Positions 1 to 9,077 of a stretch of DNA of 50,906 nt are shown here, piece by piece. The notes under the pieces were generated by a model. It searched no databases. It was given only the letters and a program-made list of their open reading frames with translations, and had not been told where the DNA came from. The stretch spans positions 1 through 50,906 of the forward strand of contig CAMCSM010000006.1 in the NCBI GenBank assembly GCA_945877805.1, written 5' to 3'. Both the position numbers and the translations under genes were made by a program. This stretch comes from Methylacidiphilum caldifontis. Its GTDB lineage: Bacteria > Verrucomicrobiota > Verrucomicrobiia > Methylacidiphilales > CAMAQI01. Each line of letters starts with the position of its first letter. Positions within the stretch are counted from its first letter, which is position 1.

Positions 1-51
1 GGTCTGATTCGCTTCCCGATGAACGCCCCATGGAAGAATCAAAATGCCTAA
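1..51 (+). CDS. C-terminal end of a group II intron reverse transcriptase/maturase (truncated by window start)
   Basis: Frame 1 reads GLIRFPMNAPWKNQNA* and stops about 20 nt before intron domain V, where an intron-encoded ORF normally ends. Only 16 codons are visible. Confidence 0.65.
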   Translation, partial: GLIRFPMNAPWKNQNA

Positions 52-146
52 AGATAAAATCACCTCCGAAAGCCGAATGCGGGAAAACCGCACGTTCGGT
101 TTGATGAGGGGAAGGGAGGTCTTGCGACCTACCCTTCCTACTCTAC
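1..146 (+). mobile_element. 3' end of a group II intron (domains V and VI)
   Basis: DV hairpin aAGCcgaa-tgcgg-gaaaa-ccgca-cg-ttcggttt (70-102) with the catalytic AGC triad and a 2-nt bulge. DVI hairpin ggaagggaggtc/gacctacccttcct with a bulged A and terminal ctactctAC (AY end at 146). Confidence 0.9.
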
Positions 147-231
147 TTATTCGCTATCAAATTGACTCGCACGTCAAATGAGCCTTGGCTCAGGCTCCAC
201 CGGTTTATGAAATAGACAGTAAAGCTCAAAG

Positions 232-1143
232 ATGTATAAAGTGATTCTCATGAGTCGGGATAATTTTTTTGAATATTTTCCAGTTGATCGAAATGTGGAG
301 AGGTGGGGGCTTTATGCAATCGGGCTTGGGTTTAGTCGAGTTTCCCCTCAGGTCGCTTATCCCTTGGCGGGCCATCCTGAGGGTCATTCCTTTTTATGGG
401 AGAAAGGGAGAGTGATTCAGGAATATCAGATTATTTATATTCAACAAGGCTCTGGGGTTTTTGAGTCGGAGGGAGTTTCTCAACGAGCCGTGAAAGAGGG
501 GGAGCTGTTTCTTCTGTTTCCAGGAGTTTGGCATCGCTATCGTCCCGATCGATCAACGGGATGGACGGAGTCTTGGATGGAGCTGAAGGGCTCTTATTTA
601 GATCATCTGCGGCAATCGAAGTTGATTCGTCCGGAGTACCCGATCCATTCTCTTACAGTTCCCTCTCTTGTCGAGGAACTCTTTGAGGAATCGGCGAAGT
701 TATTGAGGCTGAAGCCGTATCATTTTTCATTGCGAATGGGTTCCTTAGGATTACAAATTCTGTCACTCCTAAATGACAGTCGATCTCAGGTTAAATCATT
801 GGGGCGTCCGATTGAAGGCAAGATCTCCGCGGCACAGAGTTTATTAGCGAAGAGAATGGATCAAAATCTTCAAGTGGAAGAGTTGGCTCAGGAGTTAGGG
901 GTTGGCTACTCATATTTTCGACGTGAGTTTAAAAAACAGACTGGATTTTCGCTCAAGCAATATCAGATCGAACTTCGAATTCGGAGAGTGAAGGGTTTAT
1001 TGCAAAACAGTTCCTTGAGTATTAAAGAGATTTCGGAACAATTGGGCTATTATTCCCCCTATCATTTAAGTGTCGAATTCACCAAGTATACAAAGAGCTC
1101 TCCGAAGAAGTGGAGAGAGGGTCAGAAGATTCATTTCGGATGA
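232..1143 (+). CDS. AraC family transcriptional regulator
   Basis: N-terminal cupin-like region (LLFPGVWHRY) and C-terminal double HTH (FRREFKKQTG...IKEISEQLGY...F.K...SPKKWR). Confidence 0.93.
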   Translation: MYKVILMSRDNFFEYFPVDRNVERWGLYAIGLGFSRVSPQVAYPLAGHPEGHSFLWEKGRVIQEYQIIYIQQGSGVFESEGVSQRAVKEGELFLLFPGVWHRYRPDRSTGWTESWMELKGSYLDHLRQSKLIRPEYPIHSLTVPSLVEELFEESAKLLRLKPYHFSLRMGSLGLQILSLLNDSRSQVKSLGRPIEGKISAAQSLLAKRMDQNLQVEELAQELGVGYSYFRREFKKQTGFSLKQYQIELRIRRVKGLLQNSSLSIKEISEQLGYYSPYHLSVEFTKYTKSSPKKWREGQKIHFG

Positions 1144-1154
1144 GGCAGTTCTCT

Positions 1155-2048
1155 TTAAGAGCAAACAAGCCAATCGAGTACCCCTTTTTGAACATGGAGT
1201 CTGTTTTCGGCTTGATCAAAGATCTCTTGCGAGCGTTCCTCTAAAAGCTTTTCAGTGATCTCTTTGCCACGATAAGCGGGGAGGCAATGCATGACGAGGG
1301 CATCGGGGGAGGCAATCTGAAGCAGTTCGTGATTGAGTTGATAGCCTTGAAAGGCCTTTTCACGAGCGGCCGCTTCCGACTCCATTCCCATCGAGACCCA
1401 GACATCGGTATAGAGAAGATGAGCCCCTTGGGCTGCCTCTTGAGGGGAGGTGAAAAATTGAGTCTGTTTATTTTCAACGGTCGATTGATATCCTTCTGGA
1501 GCGGCAAGGTGCAGCTTAAAGCCTAAGAGCTCGGCGGCATAAACCCAAGAGCGAGGAACGTTACAGGCGGCATCACCAATGAAGGCGACGGTCTTTCCTT
1601 TGATCGATCCCCGTTTCTCTTCGAAGGTAAAAATATCGGTTAAAATCTGACAGGGATGCTCTTCATCGGTTAAGGCGTTGACTGTCGGAATTTGACTAAA
1701 GCTTGCAAAATCGATCACATCCTGTTGGGCGAAAGTTCGAATGATCGCCCCATGGATCATCCGTCCCAAAACTCGAGCCGTATCTTTAATCGGTTCCCCG
1801 CGACCGAGTTGAATATCTTGGGCACTGAGGAACATCGGTGATCCCCCCAGTTCTCGAACAGCGACCTCAAAGGAGACGCGAGTTCGTGTCGAAGATTTAC
1901 TGAAGACCAGTCCCCAGCTCTCTCCCTTGAGCGGGAATCGAGAGGAGTTCTTCCTATTTTTTTTAAAATCATTGGCTGATTTAAAAATGAAGGAAACATC
2001 TTCTGGAGAGAGATCTTGAATTTTTAATAGGCTTTTAATGCGGCTCAT
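1155..2048 (-). CDS. argF: ornithine carbamoyltransferase
   Basis: STRTR, HPCQ, SMG and HCLP motifs; overlaps the argD stop. Confidence 0.96.
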   Translation of the reverse strand: MSRIKSLLKIQDLSPEDVSFIFKSANDFKKNRKNSSRFPLKGESWGLVFSKSSTRTRVSFEVAVRELGGSPMFLSAQDIQLGRGEPIKDTARVLGRMIHGAIIRTFAQQDVIDFASFSQIPTVNALTDEEHPCQILTDIFTFEEKRGSIKGKTVAFIGDAACNVPRSWVYAAELLGFKLHLAAPEGYQSTVENKQTQFFTSPQEAAQGAHLLYTDVWVSMGMESEAAAREKAFQGYQLNHELLQIASPDALVMHCLPAYRGKEITEKLLEERSQEIFDQAENRLHVQKGVLDWLVCS

Positions 2049-3232
2049 GAGAGGCTCCGAGTTAAGATCGTTAACGCTTCGTTCACTTCCTCTTCTTTTA
2101 CATTGTAGGGAGGGAGAAGTCTAAAGTTGTTTCCCCCAGCAGGAGCGACGAGAAATCCCTGCTCCCGAAGTTCGGCCGCCATTTCGAGGCCGGTGCGATC
2201 GGTTTCAATGCCGATCATTCCCCCGATTCCTCGAAGGGCTATGAGATGTTTTCCTCCTAAGAGAGGAGTGAGAGCCGTGAGAATTTTTTGCCCCATCGCT
2301 TCGATGTGTGCCGGAAGATTATTTTTTTGAATGGTTTCTAACACCGTGAGCGCAACGGAGCAGGCGAGGGGGGTTCCTCCATAAGTGGTTCCATGGGAGC
2401 CCGGTTGAAGGAGATCGGCGTATGGGGAGCGTATCCATGTCGCTCCAATCGGGAAACCGCTTCCGAGCGATTTTGCCATCGAGAGGGCATCGGGAAGAAA
2501 GGAATTGCCTTCGGGATGACCGGCTAAAATTTGTTCATAGCTCATGAATTTCCCGGTTCGAAACATTCCGCATTGAACGCAATCCATCATCAGTAAAATA
2601 TTTTTTTCCGTACAAAGCTTTCGCAGCCCGAGCAGAAATTCAGGTGAGGCCGCGTAAACCCCGCTTTCCCCTTGGATTCCCTCAATGAGAATCGCCGCCG
2701 TCTGAGGGGTGATCGCTTTTGAAAATGCCTCAAGATCATTAAAGGGAAGATGGATAAATCCAGGCATCAGCGGACCAAATCCGGCTTTGATCTTTTCTTG
2801 TCCGGTCGCCGCAATTCCCGCAAGCGTTCTGCCATGAAAGGAGTTGAGGGCGGTGAGGATCTCAAATCGACCGTCCGATTGACCAAATCGTCGTGCCAAT
2901 TTAAAAAGGCATTCGTTGGCCTCTGCCCCACTATTACAAAAGAAGATTTTTCCAGGCCCCGTCAGCTCGACCAGTTTTTGAGCCAGCTCCCCTTGCTTGG
3001 CGTGGTAATAGAGATTAGAGGTATGGATCAACTCCGAGGCTTGCTTGTGCAATACTTCTGCGACGACTGACGGAGCATGACCGAGGCAGTTGACGGCGAT
3101 CCCCCCGCCAAAATCAAGATACCGTTTCCCTGTGTCATCCCAGATCTCCGTTCCCTTTCCGTGACTCATCACCAAAGAGCGAGAGTACGAAGGGACGACA
3201 TATTGGTCGTAGAGCGATTTGATCTCATTCAT
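2045..3232 (-). CDS. argD: acetylornithine aminotransferase (class III PLP enzyme)
   Basis: NSGAEANE, SFHGRT, DCVQCG, MAKSLG (PLP Lys), HGTTYGG; arg cluster context. Confidence 0.93.
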   Translation of the reverse strand: MNEIKSLYDQYVVPSYSRSLVMSHGKGTEIWDDTGKRYLDFGGGIAVNCLGHAPSVVAEVLHKQASELIHTSNLYYHAKQGELAQKLVELTGPGKIFFCNSGAEANECLFKLARRFGQSDGRFEILTALNSFHGRTLAGIAATGQEKIKAGFGPLMPGFIHLPFNDLEAFSKAITPQTAAILIEGIQGESGVYAASPEFLLGLRKLCTEKNILLMMDCVQCGMFRTGKFMSYEQILAGHPEGNSFLPDALSMAKSLGSGFPIGATWIRSPYADLLQPGSHGTTYGGTPLACSVALTVLETIQKNNLPAHIEAMGQKILTALTPLLGGKHLIALRGIGGMIGIETDRTGLEMAAELREQGFLVAPAGGNNFRLLPPYNVKEEEVNEALTILTRSLS

Positions 3233-3562
3233 AAAATAATCGAAGGGAAAAGAGTCTCCCCATAAAATAGATTGTAAAGCACTATTCAGAGAAGAGGAAA
3301 ATAAGACTCGAAAATAGTAATCGCTGAGGAGCCGACTCCAAAAGGGTTTGGAGGAGACGATCCCGCAGCAGCGGGAGAAGAGATTGCAGCCCCGACAAAG
3401 GATCGGGGCAGGGACGAAATCCGAATGAGACGGGCGTCGAATGAGTCAACATAGAGTTGGAGATAGGCTCAAAGTGTCGGCGTCCACCTTCGTTTTCTTT
3501 CAGAACTACGGCGGATCTTCGACAAGAAAGCATGAAAAGAAATGAAGAGGGCAGAGTCAAAA

Positions 3563-3599
3563 TTGACAATGAACGATAATGTGGTATTTAATAATACCA
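3563..3599 (+). promoter_or_regulatory. sigma70-type promoter and palindromic operator of the toxin-antitoxin pair
   Basis: TTGACA at 3563-3568 and TGn-TATTTA at 3582-3590. Inverted repeat TGGTATT-taat-AATACCA (3582-3599) covers the -10 and reaches the ATG. Confidence 0.65.
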
Positions 3600-3856
3600 T
3601 GAAAACTGCAAATGTTGCCGATTTGAGGAACGACTTCCGAAAGTTAGCCGCGTGGATCTCTGAGGGAGAAACGGTCTCCATTAAAATGCGCGGAAAACTT
3701 TTTGCGACCCTTACTCCGGCTCGAGGAATGAGCGAACCTGCGATGCCGAAAATCGATTTTGAGTCGCAACTTAAAAAAATATGGGGAAAGAAAGTCTTTA
3801 CGGATCTTGAAGTGAGAAAGATGAGAGAGTCGGAATTGGAGGGGGAGGAGGGTTAA
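3599..3856 (+). CDS. Phd/YefM-like antitoxin
   Basis: MKTANVADLRNDF...GETVSI..RGK..A.L.P pattern. ATG 3599 is preferred over 3542 because the promoter lies between them. Stop overlaps the toxin start. Confidence 0.85.
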   Translation: MKTANVADLRNDFRKLAAWISEGETVSIKMRGKLFATLTPARGMSEPAMPKIDFESQLKKIWGKKVFTDLEVRKMRESELEGEEG

Positions 3857-4305
3857 TGACATATCCTGACACCTCTTTTCTCTGTGCGCTTTATGTAGCA
3901 CAAAGAACCTCGCATCAAGCGATTCAATTCATGAAGCGACAGCAGTCGGCATTAATGAGTACCTCGCTTCTTTTTTTTGAGTTTCGACAATCTGTTCAGT
4001 TTCAGGCTTTTCGTCATTCGAAGGATGCGAATCAAGGATATCCCTTAACGATTGCTCAAGCCGCACTTTTCGCGCTTAAGTCGAATATTGCAGCAGGGGT
4101 TTTTCAGCCGGTTCCGGTGGATTGGGCGGATGTTCATCGCATTGCGGAGCGATTGACCTTTAAGTATACATTGAAGTCAGGACATCGAAGTTTTGACATT
4201 CTTCATGTGGCGACGGCGGTCCACCTTGGAGTCTCCGAATTTCTTACCTTTGATGATAATCAGAGGAAACTTGCATCCGCAGAGGGACTTGAGATTCCTT
4301 TATGA
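3856..4305 (+). CDS. vapC: PIN-domain (VapC-like) toxin
   Basis: YPDTSFL, conserved E, RSFDILHVA and TFD..Q acidic PIN motifs; coupled to the antitoxin. Confidence 0.9.
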   Translation: MTYPDTSFLCALYVAQRTSHQAIQFMKRQQSALMSTSLLFFEFRQSVQFQAFRHSKDANQGYPLTIAQAALFALKSNIAAGVFQPVPVDWADVHRIAERLTFKYTLKSGHRSFDILHVATAVHLGVSEFLTFDDNQRKLASAEGLEIPL

Positions 4306-4339
4306 TTTGTAAAACTCAATTTTATTTTAAAAAATAGCT

Positions 4340-5206
4340 TTAACGTTGAATCTTCGTCCCGTGCGGAATTCCCATCCAGAGGCTTTCGATGAGGATATGT
4401 TCTTCTCGTCCATCGAGAAAAAGGACCTGTTTGGCTCCTTTGTTGAGGCATTCCACGGCAGAATCGACTTTAGGAATCATTCCCCCATCAATCACCCCCT
4501 CTTGTTTCAAAGCGGTAATTTTTTGCGGATCTAAATCGGTAAAAAGAGTCTCTGGATTTTTGTGGTCTCTCAGGATTCCACGGACATCGGAAAGAAAGAT
4601 CAGAGAGTCGACTTTCAATGCAGCGGCGATTTTTGCCGCGGCGATATCGGCATTGATATTGAACGATTGTCCTTGATCTCCCAATCCCACAGGGGAGATG
4701 ACGGGGAGTTTGCCTTCATCTAAAAGCAGAGAGATCTGTCCGATTTCGACATGAGAGACATCGCCGATTTGACCGAGATCGAGTTCTTTCCCGGTTTTCT
4801 CTTGATGATAAAGAAGTTTCGTCGCTTTTAGGACTGACTTTCCTGAAAGGGAGATTGCGTTGATTCCCCGTTCTTTGAGTTTTCGAACGATCTCGGGATT
4901 GACCTCAAGATCAAGGGTCTTCTCAACGACCTTCATACTGTCGGCATCGGTCACGCGAAGACCGTCGATAAATTCCGGCTTAAGTCCTGACTCCTGCATC
5001 GCCTTGGAGATCGCTTTGCCTCCCCCATGAACAAGAACGAGGCTCCAGCCCATTTTTCGAATCAGTGCGATATCATCCAAGACTTGATCGACTCGTGCGG
5101 GATCCTCCATCGCAGAACCCCCATATTTAATCACAAGGAGGCGCTTCTTTCCCTCTAAGATACGGTGACAGGATTCTAAAAAGGCAGTGGTATTCATGGT
5201 GTTCAT
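4340..5206 (-). CDS. argB: acetylglutamate kinase
   Basis: VIKYGGSAM, VHGGG, GLRVTD, NINAD, GGMIPK. Start may be 5197. Confidence 0.96.
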   Translation of the reverse strand: MNTMNTTAFLESCHRILEGKKRLLVIKYGGSAMEDPARVDQVLDDIALIRKMGWSLVLVHGGGKAISKAMQESGLKPEFIDGLRVTDADSMKVVEKTLDLEVNPEIVRKLKERGINAISLSGKSVLKATKLLYHQEKTGKELDLGQIGDVSHVEIGQISLLLDEGKLPVISPVGLGDQGQSFNINADIAAAKIAAALKVDSLIFLSDVRGILRDHKNPETLFTDLDPQKITALKQEGVIDGGMIPKVDSAVECLNKGAKQVLFLDGREEHILIESLWMGIPHGTKIQR

Positions 5207-5293
5207 AGATCGAATAGTTTAAAACTTTATCTCTTTAGTTATAAGATCACAGGGTAATCGCACGCCATTTTAGATCAAATGCAGAAATACAAA

Positions 5294-5381
5294 TTTTCAC
5301 ACTAAGTCACCAAAACACAAAGTTCGATTCAAGAGGATTGCTCAGTGGATTTCTTCGTGTTTTCGTGGCTTGGTGTGAGAA
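5294..5381. repeat. imperfect 29-bp inverted repeat with ~8-nt periodic arms
   Basis: ttttcacactaagtcaccaaaacacaaag (5294-5322) pairs with cttcgtgttttcgtggcttggtgtgagaa (5353-5381): 24 Watson-Crick pairs plus 3 G-U on the + strand. Confidence 0.8.
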
Positions 5382-5431
5382 CGGTTTTAATTAATCCTCC
5401 ACATGCAATCGAGCTCTCAAAGCAGAGTTTC

Positions 5432-6643
5432 TTATTCGCCCTTATTAAACTCAACATATTTTTCAGTAAAATCAGTTGTTAAAATTGTGTATTCACCGGC
5501 TCCGAGATGGAGTTGTACGGTGATCGTGAAGTTTCTTTTTGCCATGACGGTCTTCAAGCGTTTGACCGGAATCTTCGTCGCCCGTCCATTACTGACCGCG
5601 AGGAGTCCATCGAAGTAGATTTCGACGAGTTCCTCTTTGACTTTGGCGTTGGAATAGCCGATTGCATCCATGATTCGACCCCAGTTCGGGTCCCCTCCGC
5701 ACCAAGAGCATTTGACGAGGGCTGAGGTGGCGATTGACTGGGCTGCCGCTTTCGCTTCTCGAGCAGAGGCGGCCCCTTTCACGCAGACTTCGACGACTTT
5801 GCTAATTCCCTCTCCATCTTCGACAATCATTCGGGAAAGGGTCTTCATCACGTGGGTAAGGGCAGTCCGAAAAAGTTCTCGGGAGGGATGTTGGGAGCGG
5901 ATTGGATTATTTCCGGCTTTTCCATTGGCGAGGACAATAACAGTGTCGTTCGTGGAAGTATCGCCATCAATGGAGATCCGATTAAAGGTCATTTCAACCG
6001 CATCTTCGGTGACTCGTTGAAGCGACTTTTTATCAATAACGGCATCGGTCGTGATAAAGGCGAGCATCGTTGCCATATTGGGGTGAATCATCCCCGCCCC
6101 TTTTGCAATTCCTCCGACTCTTACTTTTTTTCCATCGATTTCAAATTCGATCGCATAGGATTTATGCTTGGAGTCACTGGTCATGATCGCCTGAGCGGCA
6201 TCGAGTCCCCCATCGGCTTTGAGAGCCTTGACTGCTTTTTTAATTCCAGAGATCACTTTAGTCATCGGGAGATTGATTCCGATTCGACCCGTTGAGCAGA
6301 CCAGAAATTCTTTAGCCTTGGCATTCAGTTCACGAGCGACCGTCTCCGTCATTTGCATCGCGTTTTTGAGTCCGAGGAGTCCTGTACAGGCATTGGCATT
6401 TCCTGCATTGGCAAGGATCCCGAGGACACGTCCGTTTTTCGCATGTTGCATCGAAACACGAACGGGGGCGGCTTTGACTTGATTGGTTGTAAAAGTCGCT
6501 GCGACTTCAGCGGGAACCTCGGAGAGAATCAAGGCGATGTCTTTTGCTTTATCTTTTTTAATTCCTGAGATGACACCGCTGGCATAGTAGCCTTGGGGAG
6601 AGGTGACGCTTCCGTTCGATAGAGGAGTAAATAGTTTTTTCAT
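5432..6643 (-). CDS. argJ: glutamate N-acetyltransferase / ornithine acetyltransferase
   Basis: GNANACTG, STG.IG, KGAGMIHPNMATML (autocleavage Thr), DGDTSTND, DPNWGRI. Confidence 0.97.
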   Translation of the reverse strand: MKKLFTPLSNGSVTSPQGYYASGVISGIKKDKAKDIALILSEVPAEVAATFTTNQVKAAPVRVSMQHAKNGRVLGILANAGNANACTGLLGLKNAMQMTETVARELNAKAKEFLVCSTGRIGINLPMTKVISGIKKAVKALKADGGLDAAQAIMTSDSKHKSYAIEFEIDGKKVRVGGIAKGAGMIHPNMATMLAFITTDAVIDKKSLQRVTEDAVEMTFNRISIDGDTSTNDTVIVLANGKAGNNPIRSQHPSRELFRTALTHVMKTLSRMIVEDGEGISKVVEVCVKGAASAREAKAAAQSIATSALVKCSWCGGDPNWGRIMDAIGYSNAKVKEELVEIYFDGLLAVSNGRATKIPVKRLKTVMAKRNFTITVQLHLGAGEYTILTTDFTEKYVEFNKGE

Positions 6644-6716
6644 TTTTAAAAGTGAGCAAATGTCATACTACGGATTTCTCAGACAACAATGAGTTTTTTG
6701 TGACATTTTTGGCAAT

Positions 6717-7763
6717 TTAAAGTCCAGTTGTTTCTGGAAAACCCATTCGGATGTTAAAGGACTGAATTGCTTGGGTGGCTGCCCCTTTCCCAAGATTGTC
6801 GATTGTCGAAAAGAGCATCAACCGTTCAGTTCTTTGATCCCATCGAAGTCCGATTTCAATTCTGTTACTTCGAACCACATTTTTCATGTTGGGCATTTGG
6901 TCGAGAGGAACCACCCGAACAAATGGTTCGTTTGCGAAAATCGATTCGTAAAGAGCCTGGATCGCTTCAATCGATTTTGGATTCGAGAGTTTGCAGGTGA
7001 TTGAGCTCCACATTCCGCGATGAAGCGGAATGAGATGGGGGATAAAGGTAACCTTGACCGGTTTCTTGGCTAAGAAAGAGATCTCTTGTTCAATTTCGCT
7101 GAGGTGGCGATGTTGCGGGACGCCATAGGCTTTCGCCAGTTCGTTGACCTCACAAAAGAGCAGAGATTCATCCGCTTTTTTCCCAGCACCGGAGACACCG
7201 GAAAGGGAGTTGATAACGATCGATTCGGTTTCTAAAAGATTATTTTGAAGTGCAGGAAATAGAGCCAGAAGAATACTTGTTGGATAGCATCCTGGGCAAG
7301 CGAGCAGTGATTTTGTTTTTATTTGCTCCCGATAAAGTTCGGGCATTGAGTAAACTGATTCTTGAAGAAGTTCGGGGGCGGGGTGGGGATGTTGGTAGAA
7401 CTCTTGATAAACCGCTGCATTTTTAAGTCGAAAGTCGGCGGAGAGATCGATGACGATCTTTCCAGCCTTATAAAGGGGAAGTGCGTAGTCGCTGGCAACT
7501 CCATGGGGGAGGGCAAGAAAGAAGAGATCTGCCTGATCAATGAGCTCGGTCGGAGTGGGATTGGTAAATCGTAGATTCGATTGGCCGTAAAGCCCTGCTA
7601 TTTCCTGATCCAATCGTTTTCCTTCTCGTTGTCGTGAAGTGACGACAGTGAGATTGGAATAAGGATGAGAGGAAAGAACCTTACAAAGTTCTTCCCCTGT
7701 ATACCCAGAGGCTCCAATGATGGAGGTCTTGATCTGTTGGATGGATTGATTTGTAGAGGACAT
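6717..7763 (-). CDS. argC: N-acetyl-gamma-glutamyl-phosphate reductase
   Basis: GASGYTG, ALPHG, DLSADFR, PGCYPT, SGVSGAG, DNLGKGAA. Confidence 0.97.
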   Translation of the reverse strand: MSSTNQSIQQIKTSIIGASGYTGEELCKVLSSHPYSNLTVVTSRQREGKRLDQEIAGLYGQSNLRFTNPTPTELIDQADLFFLALPHGVASDYALPLYKAGKIVIDLSADFRLKNAAVYQEFYQHPHPAPELLQESVYSMPELYREQIKTKSLLACPGCYPTSILLALFPALQNNLLETESIVINSLSGVSGAGKKADESLLFCEVNELAKAYGVPQHRHLSEIEQEISFLAKKPVKVTFIPHLIPLHRGMWSSITCKLSNPKSIEAIQALYESIFANEPFVRVVPLDQMPNMKNVVRSNRIEIGLRWDQRTERLMLFSTIDNLGKGAATQAIQSFNIRMGFPETTGL

Positions 7764-7770
7764 ATTTTAT

Positions 7771-7799
7771 GAAAACAACAGCCCCCGACAAATGAGGGC
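7771..7799 (-). terminator. weak intrinsic terminator-like hairpin between rpsI and argC
   Basis: Minus strand gccctc-atttgtc-gggggc followed by an interrupted U-tract tgttgttttc, directly after the rpsI stop. Confidence 0.5.
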
Positions 7800-7801
7800 G
7801 A

Positions 7802-8197
7802 TTAACGTTTCGAGAATTGGAAGCGTTTACGAGCACCGGGTTGACCCGGTTTCTTACGTTCCTTAGCACGAGGATCGCGGGTCAATAGACCGTGTTCACG
7901 AAGAACTGCACGATGCTCAGAATTCAATTTAAGTAAAGCACGAGCAATTGCGAGGCGAAGTGCCCCTGCTTGTCCATTGAGTCCTCCCCCACAAGCTTTA
8001 ACGACGAAGTTAAACTTCTTCGCATTTTCTGTTACTACCAAGGGAGCAAGAGCTTGTTGCTTCATGTTTCCTGTGGTGAAATAGTCATTAAAATCTTTAC
8101 CGTTGACTGAAATAGTTCCAGTACCAGCAGTCATTTTAAGAGATGCGATTGCCGTTTTGCGGCGTCCTGTAGCGATGATGGGAGTCTCGGTGGCCAT
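7802..8197 (-). CDS. rpsI: 30S ribosomal protein S9
   Basis: ATGRRKTA, GGG..GQAGA, LTRDPR..ERKK.G...ARKRFQFSKR. Confidence 0.99.
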   Translation of the reverse strand: MATETPIIATGRRKTAIASLKMTAGTGTISVNGKDFNDYFTTGNMKQQALAPLVVTENAKKFNFVVKACGGGLNGQAGALRLAIARALLKLNSEHRAVLREHGLLTRDPRAKERKKPGQPGARKRFQFSKR

Positions 8198-8200
8198 AAA

Positions 8201-8632
8201 TTAATTCAATGTGAGGTTTTCTGGGTTTTGAGCCACGTGAGGGTGCTCGGCACCTTTATAAACACGGAGCTTAGTGAGAATCGTACGACCCAAACGATTA
8301 TGGGGTACCATTCCTTTGACAGCATTCGAAATCAAAAGTTCAGGACGACGTGTACGACGGCGCTCAACGGATTCAGACTTGTGTCCGCCGATGTAACCGG
8401 AGTAGCTCATGTACGATTTCTGAGTCTCTTTCTTACCAGTGAAGAGCGCTTTTTCAGCGTTGATCACGATAACAAAATCTCCTGTATCGACGTGAGGGGT
8501 GAACACGGGTTTATGTTTTCCGCGCAGTAAAGTCGCGGCTTTTTCGGCAACGTGACCGACGACCTGATTGGAGGCGTCGATAACGAACCATTTACGTTGT
8601 ATGTTCTCTGCTTTGGCACTAAAAGTTTTCAT
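8201..8632 (-). CDS. rplM: 50S ribosomal protein L13
   Basis: MKTF, LRGKHKP.FTPHVDTGDFVIVINA, KGMVP, HPH.AQ.P. Start moved to ATG 8632, which has an AAGGA Shine-Dalgarno upstream. Confidence 0.98.
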   Translation of the reverse strand: MKTFSAKAENIQRKWFVIDASNQVVGHVAEKAATLLRGKHKPVFTPHVDTGDFVIVINAEKALFTGKKETQKSYMSYSGYIGGHKSESVERRRTRRPELLISNAVKGMVPHNRLGRTILTKLRVYKGAEHPHVAQNPENLTLN

Positions 8633-8657
8633 ATCATTTCCTTGTGAAAAGAGGTTT

Positions 8658-8686
8658 TTACTAGGCAGCTCTGGCACTGTCGTCAA
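8658..8686 (-). promoter_or_regulatory. sigma70-type promoter of rplM-rpsI
   Basis: Minus strand TTGACG-17 nt-TAGTAA, 25 nt upstream of the rplM ATG. Confidence 0.6.
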
Positions 8687-8695
8687 TCTTTTTTA

Positions 8696-9073
8696 TTAAA
8701 ATCTTTTCCAGATTGGCACTTTTTCTTTTAAAAGCACGATAAATTCATCGATAAATCGGAGGCTTTCTTGGCGGTGTTTCCCTATGGTACGAACCCAAAG
8801 CGAGGGTTCCCCAACGGGAACGGTTCCGATACGATGAATAATTTCGACGGAAAGGCACGGATATTGTAAAAAGAGGGTCTCGCAGATCATTCGAATCTCT
8901 TTGGCGGCCATTGAATGATAACATTCGTAGGAGAGATCTTCGATGGGGGCCCCTTTTTCAGTTCCTCGGACGATGCCGTAGAACTCACTGAGAGCCCCAA
9001 AGGAACCATCGGTCGGAAAGGAAATAAGCGGAGGAACGATCGGCTTTTCGGAGATTTCAATCGAGAGTTTCAT
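8696..9073 (-). CDS. moaE: molybdopterin synthase catalytic subunit
   Basis: F.G.VR, YECY..MA, HRIG.V.VGE, HR, LK..VPIWK. Start at ATG 9073, just after the moaD stop. Confidence 0.93.
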   Translation of the reverse strand: MKLSIEISEKPIVPPLISFPTDGSFGALSEFYGIVRGTEKGAPIEDLSYECYHSMAAKEIRMICETLFLQYPCLSVEIIHRIGTVPVGEPSLWVRTIGKHRQESLRFIDEFIVLLKEKVPIWKRF

Positions 9074-9077
9074 GCCT

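Noticed and set aside
3282-3569. 95-aa minus-strand ORF between argD and the antitoxin
   Set aside because: No recognisable motif; it overlaps hairpin-rich DNA and the TA promoter.
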